From the NCBI GenBank assembly GCA_050014095.1, contig JBEKDZ010000004.1:90834-154833 (forward strand): a stretch of DNA of 64,000 bases, written 5' to 3'. Below the pieces are notes generated by a model. The model was given only the letters and a program-made list of their open reading frames with translations. It was not told the DNA's origin and did no database searches. Position numbers and translations under genes: made by a program. Positions 25,864 through 34,203 of this stretch are shown piece after piece (the stretch's first letter is position 1; the number at the start of each line of letters is the position of its first letter). This DNA comes from Dehalococcoidales bacterium (GTDB taxonomy: Bacteria; Chloroflexota; Dehalococcoidia; Dehalococcoidales; RBG-16-60-22).

Positions 25864-26823
25864 ATGATAATCGTTACCGGCGCGGCGGGATTTGTTGGCC
25901 GTTATCTGGTCGACCAGTTGATTAAAGACGGCGTTGAGGTTTTGGCTACTGCCAGAAGCCAGGCAGGCGAGCAATACTACAAAAAGCAGGGCATACCCTT
26001 TATCAATCTGGATGTTTCTAATGAGGAGGACTTCACTAAACTACCCAAGCAGGGTGTTGAAGGAGTCGCTCACGTTGCCGCTTTGTTGAGTATTGATATC
26101 GCGCAACACACACCTAAAGACTATCTTTTGACTAATGCCCTCGGCACTTATAATGTATTGGAATACTGCCGGAAAAATAATATCAAAAAGATAGTCTACA
26201 CCATGACCCATAGTGATGTTAATCGTGCCAAAGAAGTAATTATCACGGAAGAAACCCCGAGGCAGTTTGGTGCAACGATTGGATTAGGAAATACCGTACC
26301 TTTTATTGTCTCAAAAATTGCCGCCAGTACCTTCATTGAAGTTTATGACGGGGATGGATTAATCCAAGCGATTATGTTGAGATTACCGGGTGTTCGCGGC
26401 TACGGCAGCCGTGATACCTATTACAATACGGTTTTTCACCAGTTTATCCAGAAAGCAATGAAAAGTGGTCCGATAGAGATATGGGGAGAGCATAAGACCG
26501 TGCGTGATTTGGTATATGTCAAAGATGTTACTGCTGCTATCAGCCAAGCACTCAAGAGTGAAAATGCCCGCGGTCTTTATAATATAGGTTCGGGAAAGGG
26601 CTTAACTATCGAGGATGAAGCCAAGGCCATCATCAAGGCGTTTTCTCCGCCGGGCAAGCCCTCGCCTCTCGTTTACCGCCCGGACATTGAAGAGGTCAGG
26701 AAAAGAAGCTATGTATGGGATATAAGCAAGGCAAAGAGAGAGCTTGACTGGGAGCCTCGCTATTCCTACTATGAAGCCATGGTAGACTACAAGAAAGAGA
26801 TGGAGCGAGGATATTTTAAATAG
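25864..26823 (+). CDS. Extended-SDR-like NAD(P)-binding protein with Phe in the catalytic Tyr position
   Basis: VTGAAGFVGRYLVDQL Rossmann motif. VPFIVSKIAASTFIEVY aligns to TPYGASKAASDLLVLSY of the neighbouring SDR, giving F147-x3-K151 instead of Y-x3-K. Confidence 0.6.
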   Translation: MIIVTGAAGFVGRYLVDQLIKDGVEVLATARSQAGEQYYKKQGIPFINLDVSNEEDFTKLPKQGVEGVAHVAALLSIDIAQHTPKDYLLTNALGTYNVLEYCRKNNIKKIVYTMTHSDVNRAKEVIITEETPRQFGATIGLGNTVPFIVSKIAASTFIEVYDGDGLIQAIMLRLPGVRGYGSRDTYYNTVFHQFIQKAMKSGPIEIWGEHKTVRDLVYVKDVTAAISQALKSENARGLYNIGSGKGLTIEDEAKAIIKAFSPPGKPSPLVYRPDIEEVRKRSYVWDISKAKRELDWEPRYSYYEAMVDYKKEMERGYFK

Positions 26824-26852
26824 AACACACCAACAATTGAGGATGAGCATAT

Positions 26853-27761
26853 ATGAAATGGATTAAGAGAGGGTTGATTTTTCAACCGACCAAGGCTAAA
26901 TGGATGATTACACATGCTACATTGCCTTTTGCAGAAAAAATAGGAGAGGATATTTACCGCGTATATTTTTCGGCACGAGATCAGCTAAACAGATCACAAC
27001 CGGGATTTATAGAAATAGACATAAAAGAACCTTACAAATGTTTATATATCAGCGAAACACCGATTCTCGGTTTAGGTGACCTAGGCTGCTTTGATGATAG
27101 CGGCGTAACGGCATGCTGTATTGTTGAGCACCGCAGTACAAAATTCTTGTTCTATAACGGATGGAATAGGGGGGTAACTGTTCCATATCATATTTATCTT
27201 GGACTTGCTATCAGCAAAGATGAAGGGAAAACCTTTGAAAAAATTTCTAAAGTACCAATACTAGATAGAAATATTCATGATCCGTGCATAACATCATCCC
27301 CATCCATATTGATTGAGAATGGAATCTGGCGGATGTGGTATAGTTCCGGCGGAAGATGGGAAGTAAAAAATGGTAAATTTAAGAACTACTATCAAATAAA
27401 ATATGCTGAATCTAGGGACGGTGTAGATTGGGAGAGAAAGGGAGTAGTGTGCATACCATATAAGTCTAAAGATGAATATGCTATTGGTCGTCCTTGTGTT
27501 TTAAAAGAGGGTAGCAAATACAAGATGTGGTATTCATACAGTAGTGGAAGTTACAGAATTGGTTATGCGGAATCCAAGGATGGTGTAGTTTGGGAAAGAA
27601 AAGATGAAGAAGTAGGGATAGATGTCTCCGAGTCAGGCTGGGATTCCGAATCGATAGAATACCCTTTTGTTTTTATACATCAAGGTAAGAAATATTTGCT
27701 CTACAATGGCAATCAATTCGGTAAAGACGGTTTTGGTCTTGCAATAGAAACATCAATTTAA
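26853..27761 (+). CDS. Five-bladed beta-propeller protein (GH32/43/130-like superfamily), function unknown
   Basis: 302 aa. Recurring blade motifs KFLFYNGWN, WRMWYSSGG, YKMWYSYSS, KYLLYNGNQ, with W-E-R-K loops (DGVDWERKG, DGVVWERKD). Confidence 0.45.
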   Translation: MKWIKRGLIFQPTKAKWMITHATLPFAEKIGEDIYRVYFSARDQLNRSQPGFIEIDIKEPYKCLYISETPILGLGDLGCFDDSGVTACCIVEHRSTKFLFYNGWNRGVTVPYHIYLGLAISKDEGKTFEKISKVPILDRNIHDPCITSSPSILIENGIWRMWYSSGGRWEVKNGKFKNYYQIKYAESRDGVDWERKGVVCIPYKSKDEYAIGRPCVLKEGSKYKMWYSYSSGSYRIGYAESKDGVVWERKDEEVGIDVSESGWDSESIEYPFVFIHQGKKYLLYNGNQFGKDGFGLAIETSI

Positions 27762-27771
27762 ACATGCGAAG

Positions 27772-28815
27772 ATGAGAATATTTATTGGACCAAATGAAAT
27801 TGCCAATATCAACGCCATACTGGCAAGCGCCTTAAAAGAAAAAGAAATAAAAGTCACTGCTGTTAGATATAATATGTCACCATTTTTTGAGGGTATGAGA
27901 TATGATGTAGCGCTTAATTTCCAAGGTTTAAATAAGTTACAGAAGATATTTAAGTATCTCTACCACTTTCCGAAATTTTTCCTCAAGCATGATGCCTTTA
28001 TCTTCCTATTTGGAGCAAGTCTCCTCCCCTGCAATCTGGACATCCCCATTCTCAAGCTATTCCACAAGAAGACAGTAATGTGGTTCTTGGGTAGCGATAT
28101 AAGACATTACGAGGCTGTGGAGGCAACCATTAGAAAAATGGGCATAAAATACCAGCTAAGTGAAGCTTATAGAGAGGAACCAAAAGCTCTCAAAAGAAAA
28201 TTAAGAATGATACGCAGGGTGGAAAAGTATGTGGATTATATAATTTCTGAGCCATCATACTCTCAATTATTGACCAGAGACGATTTAGGGAAGGAGATGG
28301 CTAGCAAAATTTATATTCCACTGGATGTAGATAACATTAGATATAATAATGCCCCTAACCCGAGACCAGTGGTAGTCCACGCTCCAAGTAACGATGAAAT
28401 CAAAGGGACTACTTATATTTTAAAGGCAGTAGAGCAGCTTAAAAAAGAAGGCTATGACTTTGACTTCCGCTTGTTTAGAAACATGAGTAATATTGAGGTA
28501 CGGCGGACATTATCTGAGGCAGATATCGCTGTTGACCAATTATTCGCCGCAGGTCCTGGTATGTTTGCGCTTGAATCTATGGCGGCTGGGTGTGCCGTGT
28601 TAGGCGGCAATATCCCGGAGTTCGCTGGTTATCCCCGGGAGCTGCCTATTATTCATACCGACCCTGATAATATCTACCAGAACCTGAAAATGCTACTGGA
28701 AAACCCCGAGTTAAGGCGAGAGCTGGGGGAAAAGGGCAGGAAATATGTGGAGAAATACCACGACCACAGAAAGATAGCCGATGATTTTATCAGGCTTTTA
28801 GCTGGAAGTAAGTAA
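27772..28815 (+). CDS. GT-B fold glycosyltransferase-like protein
   Basis: 347 aa. C-terminal VVHAPSNDEIKGTTYILKAVEQLKKEG ... AAGPGMFALESMAAGCAVLGG resembles the GT1/GT4 donor-binding half. Confidence 0.5.
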   Translation: MRIFIGPNEIANINAILASALKEKEIKVTAVRYNMSPFFEGMRYDVALNFQGLNKLQKIFKYLYHFPKFFLKHDAFIFLFGASLLPCNLDIPILKLFHKKTVMWFLGSDIRHYEAVEATIRKMGIKYQLSEAYREEPKALKRKLRMIRRVEKYVDYIISEPSYSQLLTRDDLGKEMASKIYIPLDVDNIRYNNAPNPRPVVVHAPSNDEIKGTTYILKAVEQLKKEGYDFDFRLFRNMSNIEVRRTLSEADIAVDQLFAAGPGMFALESMAAGCAVLGGNIPEFAGYPRELPIIHTDPDNIYQNLKMLLENPELRRELGEKGRKYVEKYHDHRKIADDFIRLLAGSK

Positions 28816-28829
28816 GGAAATATAACATA

Positions 28830-30311
28830 ATGCAGCAAAAGATAGTAAATACTGTAAAGCATTCAGCTATTTATAGTGTTACCGCCGTTGTCAGCCCATT
28901 TATCAGTATATTTCTAATACCTGTCTACACCAGAATATTTTCCCCGGCCGCCTACGGTATTATGGCTGGCATAAACATGTTTACTCCTATCGTATCGACT
29001 CTTATAAATGCAGCCCCCCAGAACGCAATCGCCCGCTTTTATCTTGACTCCCAAGATACCAACGACAGGAAGCTTACTGCATCTGTCGGACTTTACCAGA
29101 TAATCTTTGTAGCACTAGTTTTAATTTTACCTTTGACCTTGATCTTTCCTCAAGAGATATCAGAGCTGGTTCTAAAAGATAGCCAATACACCAAGTATTT
29201 TATTATCGCCTTAGCCACGATATTTTTCACTAGTTTCTTTAACTACGGGCAAGATATGATGAGATTTAACTTTCAATCTATTAGATATTCTGTTATCTCC
29301 ATGGTGTATACCCTTACTGCAGTTGGTTTATCCATCCTACTGGTCGTGGTATTGAGAATGGATATAACCGGAGCCCTGACTGCCTCTCTTATTGCCTCGG
29401 CAATGTTTAGTTTTGTTATTATTTTAATGACCAGAAAATACTACTCATGGTCGTTTTCCACAACCAGGCTCAAGGAAATGTTAAAATATGGGCTCCCTCT
29501 TATTCCTGTGGGAATCTTGACTTATGCTCTAACCTACACCGACCGATATTTCCTGATTAATTATCGCGGTCTGGCTGATTTGGGGTTGTATTATGTTGGG
29601 CTCTCTCTAGCTAACGTTCCCGCGATTCTTTTCTCTGGCTTCCAGGTAGCCTGGGCACCTATCCTTTGGTCAACCTACAAGGATGAAGACGCCAAGCAGT
29701 TTTATTCCAAAATACTCGATTACTCCTTTGCCTTGGCTATTCTGGCTATCACGGCAGTCTCGGTATTCTCCCGAGAAATACTAGTAGTCATCACTACTAC
29801 AGAATACCTGGATGCATATAAGGTGGTGCCTTGGCTGGCTTTTAGTCTGTTATTTACGACGGTCTTTTCCCTGTTTGTCCCGGGGGTAGGTATTGCTAAA
29901 AAAACAGTCCACCATATATGGCGTATTGCCGTGGTACTAGTATTAAACATTGCCTTGAATTTTTGGCTCGTTCCTATCTACGGAATGGTAGGGGCGGCTG
30001 TAGCTACCCTGATATCATCCGCTATTTCCTACATCATATATTTGATTATGTCGCAAAGATATTACCCTATGCGCTACAATTTTCTTAGTTATTTCGAGAT
30101 AACCTCTGTTGCCGTAGTAATACTATTTCTATGGTATTACTTATTCCTGGATATAAGCTGGCATAACGTTTTAATCAAGCTAGGGTTGATGCTCCTGTTA
30201 CTAATATCCCTTTTCGTTTTTAAAACGATTGGCAAGACGGAGCTTAGTTTTGTTAAACAGGTGACTGTTACATATTTTAAAAAACTTATGTCATCAAAAG
30301 TATTTCACTAG
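28830..30311 (+). CDS. wzx: Wzx-type (MOP superfamily) oligosaccharide flippase
   Basis: 493 aa with about 12-14 hydrophobic segments. Polysaccharide-biosynthesis-protein-like N-terminus (KHSAIYSVTAVVSPFISIFLIPVYTRIFSP). Last gene of the operon. Confidence 0.65.
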   Translation: MQQKIVNTVKHSAIYSVTAVVSPFISIFLIPVYTRIFSPAAYGIMAGINMFTPIVSTLINAAPQNAIARFYLDSQDTNDRKLTASVGLYQIIFVALVLILPLTLIFPQEISELVLKDSQYTKYFIIALATIFFTSFFNYGQDMMRFNFQSIRYSVISMVYTLTAVGLSILLVVVLRMDITGALTASLIASAMFSFVIILMTRKYYSWSFSTTRLKEMLKYGLPLIPVGILTYALTYTDRYFLINYRGLADLGLYYVGLSLANVPAILFSGFQVAWAPILWSTYKDEDAKQFYSKILDYSFALAILAITAVSVFSREILVVITTTEYLDAYKVVPWLAFSLLFTTVFSLFVPGVGIAKKTVHHIWRIAVVLVLNIALNFWLVPIYGMVGAAVATLISSAISYIIYLIMSQRYYPMRYNFLSYFEITSVAVVILFLWYYLFLDISWHNVLIKLGLMLLLLISLFVFKTIGKTELSFVKQVTVTYFKKLMSSKVFH

Positions 30312-30354
30312 TTCAGAGATTGACCATTCCAGTTACAACGCAGAAAGGTGGTAG

Positions 30355-30498
30355 GACCCGATAAAGATAGCCGCGCGAAAGAAAGAAGTCTATCAGAGCA
30401 CCATGAAATACATTAGTGAACAGAATGCCTGGGTTACCAGTGGGAAAGAGCTTATTGCCTGGTGGACGAAGCAACTGCCTGGGTTTCAAGGTGAATAA
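30355..30498 (+). pseudogene. Possible 3' remnant of a polysaccharide-deacetylase-like gene
   Basis: 47-codon open stretch DPIKIAARKKEVYQSTMKYISEQNAWVTSGKELIAWWTKQLPGFKGE*. It has no upstream body. The tail resembles the '...vWvaTgeEIArWW' C-termini I associate with deacetylase-type enzymes. Confidence 0.25.
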
Positions 30499-30522
30499 CA
30501 CCATATGACGAGAGACCAGGTC

Positions 30523-31767
30523 TCACTCCGAACGCAGGGCTTCAATGGGGTTAAGACGCGAGGCGTTCCAGGCAGGATAAAAACCAAAGAACAGGCCGAT
30601 ACCTACCGATACGGAAACAGACATAATAATTATACCAGGACTAATAACAGTCGTCATCTGCGCTACGCGAGAAACGACCTCCGAAACCACCCAGCCCAAA
30701 ATAACGCCGATTAGACCGCCGGCGAATGTCAGCACGACTGCCTCAACGAGAAACTGGGTCCAGATATCCCGCTCCCTGGCACCTAATGCCTTGCGGATGC
30801 CTATCTCTCTGGTTCTCTCCAATACCGAGACCAGCATGATATTCATGACCCCGATACCCCCGACCAGCAGAGAAATAGCAGCGATAGCGCCCAGCAGCAT
30901 CGTCAACGTGCCTTCTGTCGCGGAAACGGTGGCGACCAGCTCTGCCATCGAGCTAATGTTAAAATCATTATCAGCGGTGGTACTAAGTTGATGCCGGGTA
31001 CGGAGCAGGCTAGTGATTTCATCGTTAACGGTGCTAGCATAGCTCTGGTCAGTTATCTCCAGCGATATAGATGATACTACATGCCCACCCGAAGCTGTCC
31101 GCGGCTGGGCTACCGTCTGCTGCATTGCTGTCAGCGGCACATAAACGGCATCATCAGGCGAACCGAATGTTTCCCCTTTGCTCTCCAGGACGCCGATGAC
31201 CGTTATGATAATGTTGCCCATGCGCACCTGCTGTCCTATCGGGTCGACGTTGGCGAATAAGGTATCTTTTACATTAGAGCCAAGAATAGCGACTGTTTCC
31301 CCATTCTCATATTCAAAATCAGAAAAGAAGCGGCCATTGGCAATAGCAAGGTTATTGGCCGTCAGATACTCTGATGTTATTCCATTAACGTTACTATTCA
31401 TATTATTGACGCCGACTACCAACTGGAGGGACTTGGAATAAGAAGGGGCTACAATCGCGATGTAAGGGAGTTGGCTGATGGCCTCGGCATCTTCCAGAGT
31501 CAGGGTAGAAGCACCGCCGGTAGCCCCCCTGATCCCGCCAAAGCTCATCACCGCTCCAGGGCGGATGGTGACAAGGTTGGCGCCAAGGCTCCCGATACGG
31601 TTGAGAATATCTGCTTCCGAACCGTTACCGATTGCCATGAGGACAATGACAGAGGTTACGCCGATAACGATGCCAAGCATGGTTAGAAAGCTGCGCAGCT
31701 TATGAGTGCTAATGCCTACCAGTACCGTAGACCAGACAACGGCTAAATAGTTGAACCACTTTTTCAT
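30523..31767 (-). CDS. MacB-type ABC efflux permease (MacB periplasmic domain + FtsX)
   Basis: 414 aa. One N-terminal TM, a ~230-aa extracytoplasmic domain, then C-terminal FtsX-type TMs with the REIGIRKALGA motif. Confidence 0.8.
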   Translation of the reverse strand: MKKWFNYLAVVWSTVLVGISTHKLRSFLTMLGIVIGVTSVIVLMAIGNGSEADILNRIGSLGANLVTIRPGAVMSFGGIRGATGGASTLTLEDAEAISQLPYIAIVAPSYSKSLQLVVGVNNMNSNVNGITSEYLTANNLAIANGRFFSDFEYENGETVAILGSNVKDTLFANVDPIGQQVRMGNIIITVIGVLESKGETFGSPDDAVYVPLTAMQQTVAQPRTASGGHVVSSISLEITDQSYASTVNDEITSLLRTRHQLSTTADNDFNISSMAELVATVSATEGTLTMLLGAIAAISLLVGGIGVMNIMLVSVLERTREIGIRKALGARERDIWTQFLVEAVVLTFAGGLIGVILGWVVSEVVSRVAQMTTVISPGIIIMSVSVSVGIGLFFGFYPAWNASRLNPIEALRSE

Positions 31768-32450
31768 ACGTTTTCTTCCGCGATAACCTCGCCATCCTTG
31801 AGGTGAATTATGCGCTGGCAGTGATGGGCAATATTGGCATCATGGGTCACCACCAGCAAAGTGATGCCCCGCTCGGCATGCATAGAGGTAAGGATGGAAA
31901 TTACCTCTTCGCCGGAGTGACTGTCCAGCTGGCCGGTAGGTTCATCTGCCAGAAACAGGGAGGGATTTTTTACCAGAGCCCGGGCAATAGCTACCCTTTG
32001 CTGTTCCCCTCCCGAAAGCTCGAGGGGGCGATGACTGACCCTATCAGCCAGGCCGACCTTGGCTAAAGCCTCTCTGGCGCGTTCATGGTTAACTCCGCCA
32101 GCATAAGTCATGCCCAGTTCCACGTTGGCTAGCGCCGTTAGCCGTGACAGCAGATTAAAGGTTTGGAAGATAAAGCCAATCTTCTGTCCCCTGATACCGG
32201 CTAGTTCCTCGCTACTAAGGCCGTTGACCTCATTATCCTCAAAATAGTAGCTGCCTGTTGTTGGCCTGTCCAGGCAGCCGATAAGATTGAGCAGAGTTGT
32301 TTTGCCAGACCCGGATGCGCCCATAATAGCCACCATTTCGCCCTTTTCGATATTCAGGGATACGCCTTTAAGCACCGTCAGTTCCCTTTTGCCCATGGGA
32401 TAGATTTTGGTTATATTCTGTAAACGTATTAAAGAAGTACTACCTTCCAA
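31764..32450 (-). CDS. MacB/LolD-type ABC ATP-binding protein
   Basis: Walker [13 protein letters not shown], signature [15 protein letters not shown], Walker [13 protein letters not shown]. 4-nt overlap with the permease gene. Confidence 0.85.
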   Translation of the reverse strand: MEGSTSLIRLQNITKIYPMGKRELTVLKGVSLNIEKGEMVAIMGASGSGKTTLLNLIGCLDRPTTGSYYFEDNEVNGLSSEELAGIRGQKIGFIFQTFNLLSRLTALANVELGMTYAGGVNHERAREALAKVGLADRVSHRPLELSGGEQQRVAIARALVKNPSLFLADEPTGQLDSHSGEEVISILTSMHAERGITLLVVTHDANIAHHCQRIIHLKDGEVIAEENV

Positions 32451-33987
32451 AGAATAAACCTCCTGGGGCTCCTCCTGTTGTTGTCGTTTTTATAGTAGAG
32501 CTAGAACTCGTTTGGGACACCAGAACCTGATCGCCTTCATTGAGACCGCTGGTTATCTCGGTATACGTTGAGTTACTGATGCCGGTCTGCACCTGGCGGC
32601 TTTCCGCAACACCGTTAACCATAACCTGAACAGTAGTCTTCCCTCCCTGGCTAGTAATGGCCTGGGTTGGTACCAACAGCACGTTGGTGGCTTCTGCGGT
32701 GATGATGCTTACAGTGACCGTTAGTCCTTGGGCCAGCTGAACACTGCTTGTAGAGTTGGCAGATGTTGTTTTCTGCATCATTTGCTGCATCTGGCTAAGT
32801 TGTTCCTGTGATAGATTGCTGCTGGTAGGCATCTGCTCTGGAGGTCCCGACCCGTTAAAAGATGAACTACCCCCCAGAGGTCCGAATGAGCTATTAGCAG
32901 AAGAATTACTCATAGAAGGCACGTTGGTTGTCGATGTCTGTATAGAGGCATTCGATGATAGTTCGACTACAACTTCGTAATTCACTACGCTTGAGGAAAT
33001 CGTGGCTGACGGGGCGATGAAGCTAACTGTCGCCGGGTAAGTCACCCCACTCACGGCTTCAACTTGCACTGTGGCTGAGCTTCCCAGCTTAATCTTCAGG
33101 ATATTAAGCTCACTAACCATGACCGAGGCTTCAAATTTGTTGGGGTCCGCAATGGTCACCGCCACAGTCCCCTTATATATATCATCGCCACCAGCAACAT
33201 TAACCTTAGTGATTAAACCGTTAAAAGGAGCTGTGACCTCCGGGCTTAAGCTCTTGGCATCGGCCAGGTTCTTGTTAGCTTGATCCAATGCCGTCTGGGC
33301 ATCCCCCACGGCTGTGATAGCATCAACCAGTTTCGTGGCGGCATCATCGACAGCCGCTTGAGCATTCTGCATACCGTAAGTTTCTGCATTTTTCAGGTCT
33401 GTCAGGGCAGTATTATACTGCCCTTGAGCTAACTCCACCTGTAGCTGTTTAATTTCAATCTCTACTTCGTCGCTGCTTGATGCCTCGGCATCCTCCAGGG
33501 ATAGCTGGGCATTTTGCAGGTTTATCTTGGCTTGGATGACGCTCAGCTGCTTGGAGATTATTGTATTATTAGCTGTCTGTATGCCTTGTTGCGCTACAAC
33601 CAGACTTTGCTGTGCCTGGGTTACAGCACGTTTCTTGGCAGTCAGGCTACGTGTAGCGGTAGTTGCCTGGCTCGTCAATGTATCAATTTCGTCCTGCCAT
33701 GCCGAAGTATCCAGACGTGATAGCACCTGGTCCTTTTTAACAGAATCGCCCGCCGTTACCAAGATTTCCGAAACAGTGCCGGCTATCTCGAATGGCAGGT
33801 CTACCGTCTGGGAAAACGCCAGATTGCCAACACCAGTGATTTGCGTAACCAGGTTGCCCCGCTGCACTTTCACCACCTCCCCGGCGGTTGTTGGCGTTGC
33901 GCCAGAACCACAGCCCACCGGGATAACAATAACAGCACTTAGTGTTAGTAGTATCAATGCTATCTTTAAAAGCTTCATCGTCGCCAC
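32440..33987 (-). CDS. HlyD/MFP-family periplasmic adaptor lipoprotein with low-complexity insertion
   Basis: Lipobox IPVGCGSG, lipoyl-like halves, a long alpha-hairpin (aa ~95-245), beta-barrel and MP domains. A Ser/Asn/Gln-rich insert spans aa ~344-415. Confidence 0.75.
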   Translation of the reverse strand: MATMKLLKIALILLTLSAVIVIPVGCGSGATPTTAGEVVKVQRGNLVTQITGVGNLAFSQTVDLPFEIAGTVSEILVTAGDSVKKDQVLSRLDTSAWQDEIDTLTSQATTATRSLTAKKRAVTQAQQSLVVAQQGIQTANNTIISKQLSVIQAKINLQNAQLSLEDAEASSSDEVEIEIKQLQVELAQGQYNTALTDLKNAETYGMQNAQAAVDDAATKLVDAITAVGDAQTALDQANKNLADAKSLSPEVTAPFNGLITKVNVAGGDDIYKGTVAVTIADPNKFEASVMVSELNILKIKLGSSATVQVEAVSGVTYPATVSFIAPSATISSSVVNYEVVVELSSNASIQTSTTNVPSMSNSSANSSFGPLGGSSSFNGSGPPEQMPTSSNLSQEQLSQMQQMMQKTTSANSTSSVQLAQGLTVTVSIITAEATNVLLVPTQAITSQGGKTTVQVMVNGVAESRQVQTGISNSTYTEITSGLNEGDQVLVSQTSSSSTIKTTTTGGAPGGLFFGR

Positions 33988-34203
33988 CTTTTCCTTTTCA
34001 TATATGATAACATCTGTATATTATACCGTACTTTGTATTATCAACGCTATTTATATTATAATGAGTGAGCATCATCACCCTTCCGCCAGACTATAGCAAT
34101 AAATTGTTAAGAACTTATTAAAGCCTGCCTAGCCAGCTTATACATGAGGCGTATAAATAACTTAACAAGAAATTAATATTTTGTCCATATAATTAAGCGA
34201 CAT

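Noticed and set aside
30313-30504. 63-aa minus-strand ORF from the track.
   Set aside because: It is the shadow of the plus-strand remnant-like frame (30355-30498). It has no start context and its sequence is implausible.
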